DNA of 64,000 nucleotides, taken from Phoronis australis. Its lineage: Eukaryota > Animalia > Phoronida. The stretch spans positions 23,782 through 87,781 of the forward strand of contig NMRA01000294.1 of assembly GCA_002633005.1 (NCBI GenBank), written 5' to 3'. Below the pieces are notes generated by a model. It was not told the origin of the DNA and searched no databases. It worked only from the letters and a program-made list of their open reading frames with translations. Below are positions 36,740-50,588 of the stretch, piece by piece (position 1 is the stretch's first letter; every line of letters begins with the position of its first letter). The translations under genes and the position numbers were made by a program.

Positions 36740-39621
36740 TTAAAGGAGAAAACAAGCATATTTTATGAGACCTTTTATAAAAACACAAATCCCAGGTTAT
36801 CTTGAAAATACCCGTCGCATGTTCATTACTGACCTATATTTACAGCTAAGCGAACAATAGAATATGACACAAATGGCCCAACAATGCCCCTCCCCCATCT
36901 CCTGGATCTGTATTCATTAAATGTATTTTAATACATTATTAGTTCTTAAAAGAACTAATAATGTCGTATTCGCTACTGAACATGGCCTGCACAGGTCATT
37001 TCCTGTTTGGTTAGTGACATTAAATGCAATATCAAGATGTAGTCACCTTGTCAAGTCATTCATGCCACTTTCTATCTAAGGTTCAATGGATAGTACATAC
37101 GTGCCAAGAGAACGATGTAATTAATACAAAAAACGTTAACATCAAAAATGATGCTTTCCCTTCAAGATTGAAAAGTTTTGGCATTTAGGTGTGCTCATAA
37201 CTTGAAAAAGGTTTACACACTTCAATATACAAACCATCATGTGAAGAGCATCCATTCCGAAAAACCATGTTTTTGTGCATAAGCGATGGATTGTTTTTCG
37301 ACTCGTTAATCTGAAAGGAGTAAAGGGCAGTAAAGTACTAGAGACAACAAAAAAAAACAAGGAAACACGAAAGAAGCAAAGACAATCATGGAAAAAATCC
37401 ACAGATTGAGACATTCTCCAAAACGTGGAACACTGAAATTCAAGTTAAAATTGAATTTTCTCGATTCCAAAGATTGAGATCTTGGCGATTTTGATATTCA
37501 TTATATAGGGCAGTGTGATATATATCAAAAGAGTCTGGAAATATACTAGCCACCAATGCACCGTTGAATCATAGTTTGTAATAATATCTCAAGTGAATAT
37601 TGTCATAATCGTAGTTCTTGATATAGTAAAAGCAAATATTGCCTATTTCTAATATTTGGTACAAGCTCAAAATGTTTCTTTTGGCGTCTCACTGCTTTTG
37701 TCAGGGATTACTACAACAATCAAAAATACGTAGCCTGTAAAAAGTATATGTCAGCAATCAAAGGAACCACCATGGAAGCTTTAGCTTATTACATTGCTTC
37801 ATACACTTTGGCAAGAAAGTGGGCTATGATGTGATGATGTGTTCTACACCTGAACACTGAGGTATGAGGTTGACACCAGGTTGCTAATTACAACTTTGCA
37901 AAAATCGCCAGGTCGCCAAACAAAATCTGAGGTCGCAAAAATTGATGTCAAGATTAGCGACTAAAAAAGATCATGCTGTCTCAAATGTTTAAGCATAAAT
38001 CTTCCATTTTCTCCTAGTTATGAATACACCATTCAATTCAACAAATGTCCTGCAGACAATCGGATACACCGGAGGCTCATGCTTTAGGGGCCAGTCTAGC
38101 CTGACTTTTTGTTGACGTATTTCCACTTCTGTTTGTTAACTTTCTGTAGCAATTTAACCGCATGTTTGAAGGTGGCAAATGCACTGATTTCATGAAATGA
38201 TAGGAACAATTGTGAACCAAATGTTGGTGGTTTAAACCTTCGAACTAATTAAAGTCACCACAAATTTTGAAAGGAATTTCAGGAGAATTATTGTCAGACT
38301 TTGATACTCATGGTGGCACAGTGGTGACTTCGGTTTCGTCCCAGGTCGCCAAACACAAAGCTGCATTAGTGACCTGCACGTCCCAAAATGAAGCACTGGT
38401 GAACCTGATCAGTTCCAAAGCATATAGTAAAATCTTACTAATTTTGGATAAAAATAAATGTCAAAATGACCCATTCTTGACTCTACAAGTCAGTGCATCT
38501 AACACTGTAACGAATTGTCACATTTTTGAAAACATCGTTTGAAAGTAGCCATGGCATAAAACTTGAACACGGAAAAGAAAATAAAATTTCACTTGTCAGC
38601 CATATTGTGCTCTAGCTAAATGGGCAAGTTAATGCACAGCACCTATGCTGGCACCTGTGGGGAGAGAAGGCATCAAACTGCAAAATGGACAGATACCCCT
38701 GCAGCAACAGCAATCAGCTCATACATTAGAGAGGTTTTAAAGGCATCGTTCCACGTCTGTGTTTTAATGTGCCTATGGATTACTTAAACCTGTCAGAAAA
38801 GTGTGCCATATTATGAAAAACGGAAATGGGTCACTTTGTGCCGATTGAATATAGCACTGAGGCACGCCTCATTATCCCGGTTGCTAATGTAAAACATAAC
38901 ACTTGATAACTGCTTAAAACCTGAAATAATTCAAGAAAATTTACCATAGACACAAAGAGCCTGCACTCCTGCTGAATCCATACTGTTGTTTTATCATAAA
39001 AATTACAGACCTATTGATTGGAAGTAAATTTTAATTTTGCAACTTGGTCTAGTTGGCTGATTTTCCGCAAACGAGGAGTATGTTCAGAAAAAGCATTTTT
39101 GGAGCTAAACGTCAAATTCAAATTTATGCCAGGGCTATACAAAAAATACACCAGTTCATGTGTTGCACAGTGCCAAATAAACGCACTCACCGTATCAATG
39201 TACAAATCTCAGGAGTGCACCTTCAATAATATACTGTCATTTTCAGGAACTTTTTTGTGAACAGGATTTTTTGCAAATGAAAATGTTATAGTAGTGGAAT
39301 CCACTGCGATAAGTTTTTTTTTTGGTAAGTTAATCAAATGTAAACCTTTCATCGGGACATGCGCTAAGCGTATCGTCAGAAATTCTTCCTGTAGACTAGC
39401 TCATCCACAAACATGCTCCATAATTGACACGTGTTCATAAATTCACAATAGAAGTAGACTACATTAAAAGTGACCCAATATTTAATTCTGTACTACTAGC
39501 TTTGTTCCATCCTCCATTATAAAAGCAGCTGAACAAACCGCAGTAGTTTCAGAAGCTTTTTCTAATTTGTAAATAAGATGATGAATGAAAGAACAATTAC
39601 GTTTACATTATTTACGCATAC

Positions 39622-39814
39622 CAAACTTGTTGACATCATTAAATTCACACCTTCTCATACCAAGACCCAATTCTTTGTAAACATGCTTGATAGATTTACT
39701 GTCTGAGAACCCTAGCATCTTTTTGTAATCCTTCATTCGATTGGCCAAGGCCTCAAAGGACACAGATTTTTCCAGGAACTCCTTGCTGCATTTCCTCAAT
39801 GCTTCCATCAAACC
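39622..39814 (-). other. Possible exon of an unidentified decayed gene
   Basis: Open frame GLMEALRKCSKEFLEKSVSFEALANRMKDYKKMLG...NKF between a pyrimidine-rich ..caatAG and GTATGC; no family recognised. Confidence 0.3.
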
Positions 39815-40983
39815 CTATTGGGAGGACTATAATAAAAACAAATGAAAGTAAGGTTTGTTCAACAGAAATTGTATTTTAATTTTGTTTCCAACTACACAAT
39901 AAACTGATCTGAATTGACTTCTTGTCAATTCCAAGACCGCAATGATAACAGGTGCCAATCAGTAAGTACAACAAAGTAAGCAAATGCAAGGGACCCTCAG
40001 TCTCAGAATGAATGCATGATTTGTAACCAAACAAACATAATTTCACACTGTAATGTGTGATATTAAGCTTGATTAACCAACTTTCAGGAACTTACGTCAA
40101 GTATAAAGAAAGCCTAAACTGTCACCAGGATACACGACATGACCCAAAACCAATGTCACCTGTACTCTTGAGCATCTATAGAGGAACTTTGAACAGACAC
40201 TGACATAGACAATTAATTGTCACTAGGGGTGCCACACACGTGTGACCCATAACAAAATAAACAATCATCTTTCCTCATTTTAAGAAAAACAAAAACATCT
40301 GCCAAATTTCATAATGACAAAGCGGCTTGGGGCATAGAAAGGCGGATGCCAAAAACAGACTTTGCTAAATAAATAATAAAATGGTAATTAAGGGGTGCAG
40401 AATGTGTTTAATCTGATCAAAGATGGATGGTGTTGTCTCTTCAATACAAAACCTATTCACCAAATTCAATGAATATTATCAAGAAATTTGGAAGAAACAG
40501 AGGAACAGCCCACCAAAAAAGGAAAATCTAATTTGCCACGAGGGAACACTAAAGTCCGAGTGACAGACTTGATGCAAAATCAATGCCAGCCAAACTCTCA
40601 AATGAAATCCATATACCAATCACATGAAGATTGTTGTGTATCTTACTTTGTCAAATAAAGTAGACACTCCATTCACTATGCAGTGAAACGAACAGAATTG
40701 AACTGAACACTGAACTGATTTATTCTACATATCATCACAATATATATATACACACAACTACATAACAACATATGATGCTTACCTCTGACACACTTCCTAT
40801 ACCAGGAATCGCATGACATAATACCAATTAAACTACTGAACTCATAAACAATAACAACCTACAAACATCCTGTTATTGTTTGACTAAGTACACAACACTC
40901 TCCCTCACTAGATATAAAGTAGGCTCTTGTTAAGAAAATAAACTAATCAAGTTCACTATATCAATTACAAGCACACTAACATA

Positions 40984-43900
40984 TTAGTCATCATATCCAA
41001 ATATAACAGGTTGTTTTCTATTCCTTGTTGATCTTCTTAATTCAACATTAGGTTCCTCAGTAACATCTGATTCAACAACTCTCTCTTCCGATTGACTCAT
41101 CTCACTGTCAACAAATTCTCTGTCATCATTTCCAGACACCAACTGTTTACTACAAATGTCACTTTCAATTACTGGTACATCACTGTTATGGTTAGACTCT
41201 TCAAGACTAACATCTGGAAACACTTCATCGACAGTTGGAAGAACAACATGGTCAGGCTTGACACTTTCACAATCAGCTGATTCACCAACATCAGATTTGA
41301 AACTTCTATGCAATAATTGATCAACATGTCTTTTCCACACTCCACTGTTAACTTGTACCTCATATATCAGAGAACCAAGTTTACGTGTAACAATACCTGG
41401 TATCCACTTCTCTTTACCAATGTAATTTCTCGCGAGTACATTATCACCAACATTAAAAACACTCACATGAGAACCTCTACTTTTGTCTTCCCTGATTTTG
41501 TGTAATTTCTCTGCCATTTGATTTTGGAAATCAGGTTTCACCAAATCTAAACAATTTCTTAGACGTCTCTTCATGAACAGCATTGCTGGTGTTTCATTTG
41601 TGGTACTGTGCGGCGCATTTCGATATGCTAACAAAAAATTATCCAATTTGTTTTGAATCGAACCGCTTTCAGGTTTCGCAGCTTTCAAGCCTTGCTTTAA
41701 TGATTGTACAAATCTTTCAGCTTGACCATTAGTAGATGGATGAAATGGTGGATTTAATTTATGATTAATCCCTTTTTCACTTACAAATCTCTTAAATTCA
41801 CCGGAAGTGAACTGTGGACCATTGTCCGAAACTAAGATCTTTGGAAATCCATATCTACTAAACAATGAATTGAGAATACTGATCGTTTTCTCACTTGTAG
41901 TTCGCTTCATGATAAAAACCTCTGGCCATTTAGAAAATGCATCTACCACTATGAAAAACATTTTGTTTTCGTAGGGTCCTGCAAAATCTATATGAATACG
42001 CTCCCATGGTTGAGAACTTGGTATCCATGGATGTAATGGTGCTCGCGTTGGATTGTTTCGGATGAGTTGACAAGAATCGCAATTTCTTGCAGTTTGCTCT
42101 ATGGATTTGTCCAAGTTTGGCCACCATACATATGAACGAGCAACAGCTTTCATTTTCACAACCCCAATATGTCCGAAATGCAATTCATTTAACACCTTAT
42201 TTCTACATTCTGGCGGTATTATTACTCTTAATCCCCAAAATAAACATCCACTTTCTATTGTAAGCTCATTTCTCCTGTAGAAAAAAGGCTTCAATACTTC
42301 ATCAGTTTCTGACAATTTCTTTGGCCAACCATCAATGGTATACCTCATAACTCTTGATAAAACAGGATCATTCCGCGTTTCCCGTTTTATAAGGTTATTT
42401 TCCACAGGCAAAATATCAACATGGAATACCTGAGCATAAGTTGGCTCATAATCATTTTCAGCTTGTTGACATTCTTCAGCTGGTAATCTAGATAAGTCCG
42501 CGTTGGCGTTGGATTTGCTATTATGAAATTTGATATCGTAGTTGAATCCAGACAAATACATTGCATCTTTGCATTCTTTCTGCTACTAAAATAGGTAAGT
42601 CGGTTTTTGGACCAAAAATTGCAACAAGTGGTTTGTTGTCAGTAATCAGTGTAAATTTCCAACCGTACAAATACGGATAGAACCGTTTCATAGCAAAGAT
42701 TATCGCCAATGCTTCTCTTTCAATTTGAGGGTATTTCCTCTCTGTTTTACTCAGACTACGTGAAGCAAATTGAATAGGTCTTTCTTCACCATCAACAATG
42801 TGCGACAATACCGCACCTACACTTTCAGGAGATGCACCTGTTGCCACGGTTACTGGTAATTCTGAGTTAAAATGAACCAGGAATCCAGATTCTTTCAATG
42901 CGTTTTTTGACTTTTGAAAAGCTTTTTTAGCTTTGGCTGTCCACTCAAACTTAGTGGATTTCTGCAACATTGCAGTCAAAGGTGCAATAACTGTGGACAT
43001 ATCTCTTACCGTATTCGCCGTAATAACCGCCCATGCCCCTATAAGCGCCCCCCCACGTGTTTTCAGACTTTGCTGAAATAAGCGCCCAGTCCATGAACGT
43101 GTACATGCGAACAATGACGTACCTACAGTCCTAAAANTTATGTAGCGTCTGTAGTAATTTAGAAGACCCAAATAACTTCTTAGACCAGACACATCTTTTG
43201 GTAATGGCATGTTTATAATCAAATCGACCTTTTTCTTAGATTTATGAACTCCAGTTTTGTCAATAACGTGGCCCAAGTACTCTACTGAATCCTTCATGAA
43301 TTCACATTTGGATTTTCTCAATCTCAACCCATATTCTTTCAATGGATCTAGAACTTTGTCTAAATTTTTCAAATGCTCTTCGTAAGATTTACCTGTAACC
43401 AATATGTCATCCATGTAAACTTGTACTCCTGACCAGCCTTGTAACACTTGTTCAACTGCATTTTGCCATAGAGAGGGTGCACTAGTGATTCCGAAAACAA
43501 GACGATTCTGAGTGAACAACCCTTTGTGTGTCGCAATTGTCAAATACTTCTTTGATTCGTCAGTGAGCTCCATTTGATTGTACGCATGGGCTAGATCCAA
43601 TTTCGAAAAACTGACCCCTCCTCTCAAATTAGCCAAAATTTCCTCAATATTGATATTGGGCGGTGCCACTGGGGTTGAGATTCGGATTTACAGTAGTTTT
43701 GTAATTTCCGCATATTCTCACAGAACCATCAGATTTCTGAACAGTGACAATGCTTGTGATCCAATCACTATGTTCAACAGGTGTAAGAACGCCACATTTA
43801 ACTAGTCTATCTAGTTCTTCATCAACTTTCGGTTTGACCGCAAATGGCACCCTATACGGTTTACTTCTTACAGGCATGCTCCCTTCCTTCAACTGAACAT

Positions 43901-45201
43901 CGGCCTTAAAATTCTTCAAAGTGCCTAATTTGTTTTCAAACAAATCACTATGTTTGTTTAACACTAGCTCAAGTGAATGAACTCTGTTGACAGACAGCAC
44001 ATGTTTCCTATTAGACAGTAAGTCACCCCAATTGAGTTTCAGATGAGTTAATCATGACCTGCCTAGTAAATTATGTTTACACTGCTTGACAACATGCAAC
44101 CACAGATCACAGGACTGATCTTCGTACTGGACATTTACAAGAAACTTACCTACAGGTTTAACAATCTCACCCGTGAAACTTGTAAACATTCGCTTAGATG
44201 GTTTCAATTCACTTTGTTTTTCAAACAGACTTACATACAAATCATATGGTATGATGGAGTCATGGCTGCCAGTGTCCATTTCCATCTCTAGATAATGACC
44301 ACCAACATTTAGTGTTACGTAGATAGCGTCATCTGTTCCCGTGTTGTTTACGCTATATTCTTTATCGCTGTCCTCGCTGTCGTTTGGGTCGCCTCCAGCT
44401 TGGAGTATACGTCTCGTGCTAGGCTGTCTCCCACATGCAACTTTAATGTGCCCCTTTTTCTTACACTTGTGACACGTTGAATTCTTGAACCAACATGCAT
44501 CTGGATGGTGTGAGGGCTTGGCACATCTGTAGCACTCGGTGCTGGCTTTCCCCTTTGGTCTTGCCTTTGGATTGTCAACTCGCCGGCTTTTCTGGTCCCA
44601 ATTTTTCCTTTTGGCCTTTACCACCTTTATGTCAGTGGAAGCTATTTCACCTTTCATGGTTTTGTTTTCCATGAAAGTATTTTCTCTGGCTAAGGCGAAC
44701 TCGACAGTTTCGTTAAACGTCAGTTCCTTTTCCCTTGACTTCTCAAGCAACTTTAGCGAAGTCTGCTCATTAGCAATTCCGCTAATAAGTCTGTCCCTCA
44801 ATTGCTCGTCCAGTTTATCACCAAACTTGCAGGTAAGACTGAGGTGTTTGAGCGCGACTACATAGTCCGTAATCGACTCACCTCTATTTTGGTCTCGTTT
44901 GATAAACTTTCTCCGTTCCGCAATTGTCAGTCGTGGTCCTGCCAAGTGTTTCGTCAGAGTTTCCTTTAACTCTCCGTATGTCTTCTGGTTGGGTTTGGCT
45001 GGGCTGACCAGATCCCGTACAATTCCATAATGTTTCTTGCCAATGGAATGCAAGAACATTGCTGCCACTTGCTTCTTCGTGAAATCTGTTTCCCCATTCG
45101 CTTGTAGAAACAGTTCAAACCTTTCCAAGTAGCATTCCCACTCCTCGCTACCATCATATTCACTGGAAAACGGGGGCAGGTAACTTTGTGAGCTCAGTCA
45201 T
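40984..45201 (-). pseudogene. gag-pol: Gypsy gag-pol (Gag, two CCHC knuckles, protease, RT, RNase H, integrase), disrupted
   Basis: CYRC..H..C and CHKC..GH..C; MDTGS; LDLAHAY, YMDD; EREALA, TDNKPL; HFGH..CDSC, HIDFAGP, SDNGPQF, NGQAERFV; TGA at 44052, frameshifts near 45170, 43670 and 42560, MITE insertion at 43009. Confidence 0.95.
43009..43137 (+). mobile_element. Left end of the pogo-like MITE inserted at TA in Gypsy pol, cut by a single N
   Basis: ccgtattcgccgtaataaccgcccatgcccctataagcgccc... matches 24231-24362; removing it restores YIRDMS. Confidence 0.85.
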
Positions 45202-46019
45202 CTCGTCGCCACTGTTGTGTATCTTACTTTGTCAAATAAAGTAGACACTCCATTCACTATGCAGTGAAACGAACAGAATTGAACTGAACACTGAACTGAT
45301 TTATTCTACATATCATCACAGTATATATACACACAACTACATAACAACATATGATGCCTCTGACACACTTCCTATACTAGGAATCGCATGACATAATATC
45401 AATTAAACTACTGAACTCATAAACAATAACAACCTACAAACATCCTGTTATTGTGTGACTAAGTACACAACAAAGATCCATCAGGGGCCTGGTAGATATT
45501 GAAGAACAGGCAAAAAAACAAACTATAAGCCACCCCAGCAATTAGACTCATCCAAAAATCAATGTCAGCCAAGCTAATGAAAAAAATGACCACATGGAAT
45601 GGAAACAGATTGAATCCACCTTAAAATGACAACACGTAGTTGCGCATGACTGAACCACAAATAATATGCTTACAAGGGTGTTTATCAGTGTCAAACCTGC
45701 CTGAAAATCCAGGGAGTGTCGCCGTCTCCCTAATAAAAATCTATCCACAAATTTTTATGAAAGCTTGTTAAGGAACTCGAAAAAATAGAAGCAAAAATAG
45801 AAAATGAAATTCCCCAAGGAGTACTAGGTGTAGTTGGATCCATTCAAAAAAGTGATCATGAAGTTATCATGGAATACACTTGCAAATTTCACAAAGATCC
45901 TACAAGATTATAGGATAATATAAAGCTATAAATGCGGCATGAGCGGTCTTACTACATCACTTGAGGTGCTTTTCATCTACCCATCTTACCAGAGATTAGT
46001 ATTTTTTACCTTACTTATG

Positions 46020-46500
46020 TTTAGTCTCTAACTATTACTGGTAATTGTATTAGCCATATAACTGACCTTACTTGTAATTGTTTTTGTCATATAAATGACC
46101 TTACTTGTAATCGTATTAGTCATAATTAATGATCTTATATCGCCTACCCAGGCATCTACTTTAAAATCATTTACAATTTCAAACAAATCAGTAGAGATGT
46201 AAGTAAATATTAAACAACTAAACTGCAGCCTCCTGAAGCAAAACACTAAAATTACCACACGCAACATCTGGAAACCCACCATTAACAATACCAATATGTA
46301 CATTAAGTTCACAACACATATCAATGAGGCTGTTACCAAAGTTATTTCCTGTGTCATCTTGAGAGTTCCTTGAAAGAGAAAATGTATCTGACTGGTACCA
46401 CAACTAGAGTGAATATTTTGAATTGTTGTTCAAAATAAAGTCATCAAGACAGCCAGTTGGGGCGTTAAGTCACCCATGATGAGTAAATGTCAATCTTGGT
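46020..46500 (-). pseudogene. LINE APE-endonuclease region remnant (RTE-X-like)
   Basis: LLIMGDL..., RNSQDDTGNNFGNSLIDMCCELNVHIGIVNG resembles GDFNAR...R.S.D...N..G..L.D.C....L.I.NG. Confidence 0.6.
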
Positions 46501-49500
46501 GTTGCTTGACTAATTTTGATAGTTCATTGTGCAGAAATGCAAAACCGTTTCTTTCTGAAATAGTTTCATAAGAAACGGACCCTCCTTTGAAAGTACAGGA
46601 AGTACACACATTGCTGACCTTGTGCACGTACAACATTGTACAATATACGCGGCACTTAGTGAAAAGGTCGCGTCACTGTCAGTTGTATATAAAATCACAG
46701 CAAAACCGTCAATTGGTGACCGTCAGACTTTGTAACGGATTTTGAAGTATTTTTCAGGAAACTTAATAGACATTTTGGGAGGAAATGGAATTAATAAAAA
46801 AAATGCTTTTGAAAATATTGATTACAAGAAATTGACATCCTACAACCTTGCTGTAATACTTCAGTTGACAAAGGATGAAACATTTATATATCTTACACAA
46901 TATACATTTCAAATAAGTTTCATGTTGGAATGGTATTCAGTGTCCTTAATTCTTCAATTTCTAATTTAAAGTTTCATACACGATAAACACTTTTATTGGT
47001 TCAAATGTACTTTTACATCTGTTTACAAAGTTGTTGCACTGTGTTGTCATTATGGATAACTTATTAATCCCAAAATGTATAGAGGAGTCTGTCAGTTTGT
47101 ACTTCAAAATATACTAATCGAATGTTGTTTTCTTTCAGGGAATGTGATCAAGGAGCACAGCAATGCTAAAGCAAGTTTTATATTTTACGAGATAGGCATC
47201 AGGCTCAGAAACAGTTAGTTATGCCGTGTTGAGGAGGTTGCAGAGCACTAGAGTTCAGTGGAATTGTTTCTCACAAACCTGCTCTACTCCTTAGGTATGC
47301 ACTACTTCAAAATGGCACTGACCATCCATGATCTCACACATTTTATCTTTGTCCCCGCTCCTGTCAAAAAAGGAACAACACATTATGCTAGGCAACTGAT
47401 CCCAGCCATCTTGAGGATGTGCCAACTTTAAAGTCGATATGTCATAAGCGAAACCCGATCAACTCCACCACAACTCAACTTACCTTTGGCGACATCGGAA
47501 CTGCCCTTAGTTCCCTGAATTAAACACCAAATGGCGTATTTGAATCATACTCTTGACCTTATGGATTTGAGATTAATAAAAATCTACTGCCATTTACGAC
47601 GAGTAATACCAGACTGGTCAGTGTTATTGTCTGTTTTCCACTTTAATGCACCTATTTTGACTAGATGGAAAGGGTAATTAAGTGTGGCAGTTAAGCATTC
47701 CCTTAGAGTAGAACTCCACAAAACAGATGAGCTGTGGTGTTGGTGGGAAGTTGGTACCAGTTGATTGGTTCAGCCCCATAACCTAACAACATAATTGTCT
47801 GGTCATACAACAAACGTCCACTCAATACTTTCCCCAACATTGTATCCAATAGCTCACATCAAATTCATACACTGATTGTTAGTACAATTAATTTCTATTT
47901 TTTTCAGTGTCTCTCTCATATTTTACGTAAACAAACAATTCAGGCTCTCCATACACATTTCAAAGGCTCAACATTCAGGTCTTAAAGTCTTTATCTCAAA
48001 GGGCAATCTAGTTCAAAAACTTAAAAAGATATACCAAATTATAATAAATAATATGTAACATGGCATAATCTTCACCTTCTTGCTGTAATCAAACTAAAAG
48101 CCTTTTTGAGCACAATTTTGTACCTCAGCCGAGATCAGAAAATCATCAACTATTCTTGTCTATTTCCATGACCAGAGTTCCTGTGCATCAGTACAGGGAA
48201 CGATTCCTGAATGACTGTTATGTTCTTGAAAATGTATTGATGTCAGGGTGAGCGCAAATGCGCTGTTATTTTTTTGGTTGTTTTTGATTCTCATTTTTAT
48301 TTATAATACAAATTTGATTATTTATTGTCTAAATTTTACTGTTTTTTGCATATGACGAATGGTTTTATGATAAGCTTGTGATGTACGATGCATCTTCCGC
48401 AGCCAACACTCACCTACTGAAGTCAGTCCTGACTCATCACGAGGGTATCTCAAATTTCAGTGACAGTACCCGTTTAGGTAATAAATTAGAGGAAAAAAAT
48501 TTCTAGACCAGCAAATGTCTCATTTTTATCGCACTATCGTGAAACTGATGCAAAGTAGCGGCGTGGAGAGAGCAATTGCCGTGTGAATATGCGGACGTGT
48601 GAGCGCATTTCTGTGTACTTAGAAGCAAATCGGTACCAGCGTTACTGGCCATTAACAAAGAAAGATAGAAAAAAACATTCACAGACAGACATGTTTCAAC
48701 AAACAAGAACAAGTTTAATCTCAAAACTGTGAGATCCACGACCCAAAGCAATCATGCGCCACTGTGCTTGATTTTTCTGCCCAGACACAGTAACCGGTGA
48801 AGTAATTCTCTTGCAGTTGCCGCGACTCTTTACCAGGAAAATAATCACTTGCTAAACTGGCTTTGATGTTCAATTACTAGGGAAAATATTTTTTAAATGC
48901 GACAAAAACTTACAATATAATGGCTCTGTTGTCTAAATACAAAAATTCCATGATTTAAAGCAAACGGGGGGAGGGAGTATAGTGAATTGTAGTCAGTGAG
49001 CTGTTCATATTGGAAATGGAAAAATATTGCAGTGTTAGGAGCATGACGCATTATATTTCAATCTCTTTGATACACCAATTTCACCATTCAAGGCCCGGGC
49101 AGCTAATTAATGTGTTCATATTGTGCCGCGGAGCACATCTGACAGACATTCACACAGGCCAGGCAGTGCGGTATGAATGCCTTAAAATCGACAAAAAAAT
49201 AAAACGGCAGAATTGAAAGGGTTTCTTATTTGCTACTTTGGTGTACTTTCTAGCATAGTATGGATAAAGTGCAGGCATCTTCAAATTACAAATTGAAAGT
49301 GATCGTCAAATATATAATTCATCAAGTGTCCAATTAGATTGTGGATTGGTGGATTGACATATATGCGCGTACACGTGTGTGCGTTACCGTTCTTTTAAAT
49401 TCACTTCACGCCGTCGGTAAGTTCACCGATTTCTCTGTCGTTTCTCAAAAATCAGACATTTAGCTACCATGATTTCTGCACTGATCAATACCCGAATGTT

Positions 49501-49639
49501 CACATTGTTATGTAAGTCTAAACCTAATTAAAACTTTGATCAATGAAGAAAGTCTTCTCTTATAGATCAATGTCAATGGTGCATAGCCTCACAGATTTCA
49601 TACAAGCAACAATCTTGTGGAAAAAGATTTCCAAGGTTA

Positions 49640-50474
49640 CATGGAAGGTTCACTACTCTGAAGGCTTGCTACCTTCGGAAGTTCACTACTTCAAATGCCC
49701 ACAATATTCCGAAACCAGAACTCCGACAGTTCATTACTCTGATTTTCTACTAATGATTCAGAACTGACATGAAGAAAGTGTCGTATTTGTGTCTATTTAG
49801 TAATCATTTAAAGGGTGTGCAAGAGTTGAATAGTCTCAAAATGTTGATTTACATTGTTTACAGAAGAGCCCAGTTCCAATCACTGGATCTAACTACAGAC
49901 TCATTCTCAATTAGGGACATATCATCTGGGGCATGTGTCAGAGATGTAGCGACCATCAGTGGTTTTAAATTTAAGAAAACTGAATGAGACTTCGTGAAGA
50001 CTGGCAGGGACAGGGTAGCCTACTAAGTACATTTAGTTTCGATCTGACCGTGCGAGTATATCCAATGGGAGACGTTGAAGCGCAGCGGCCCTAAACTTTT
50101 CTGTCGCGCGGTGAGATAATGCGATCTTGACATGGGATTCATGAATGTATCGTGGTTGATAATTCATCAACATTCCTACCTCATATTCTTTTAGAAATGG
50201 AAGCACATACTCATTTTTCCATATTCGTAAGACATGCGGACAATTTCATATACACATGAAATCCTAACAAATTGATTTATTAGCAAGGTGTATTTTTGTC
50301 AGTATATTTGCATCTAATAACTGAAGTGCCACTTATTTTTGCATGTAACTATATAACAGTTACACCTGAGTAAGAAATTTTAGACATTTTCGGAGTAATG
50401 AACCTTCGAAGTGGTGAATCTTCGAAGTAGTGAACCTGCGGAATAGTGAACCTTTGGAATAACGGGCTGTTCCC
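49640..50474. repeat. Element bounded by inverted arrays of ~15-bp repeats
   Basis: aaggttcactactctgaagg-type units at 49645-49740 and their complements (aaccttcgaagtggtg, aacctgcggaatagtg) at 50400-50460, ending aacgggctgttccc; superfamily not assigned. Confidence 0.5.
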
Positions 50475-50588
50475 ATTTCCAGCGCTGTAAGCAACTTTTA
50501 ACAAACCTACATGATGGAAAATTACGTCAAGTTATGCTCAGACTAAATATTACTGTCAGAGTATATAACGAGGTTTAATCACTCATTT

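Larger units (their letters stand above)
40632..45472 (-). mobile_element. Full-length Ty3/Gypsy (Mag-like) LTR retrotransposon
   Basis: LTRs 45213-45472 and 40632-40897 (TGTTGTGTA...TACACAACA); TSD AAGAT on both sides; PBS TGGCGACGAG (tRNA-Ser-like) at 45202-45211; PPT tagtgagggagag next to the 3' LTR. Confidence 0.97.
40180..45910 (-). mobile_element. Decayed HINE-like copy split by the Gypsy insertion (40180-40631 and 45473-45910)
   Basis: Degenerate monomers (ttgtcactaggggtgcc, ttgccacgagggaacac, tttcacaaagatcctaca) on both sides of the Gypsy TSD. Confidence 0.5.

Noticed and set aside
43009-43140. Novel 44-aa insertion domain in Gypsy RT
   Set aside because: It is a MITE end plus an N that happens to keep the frame
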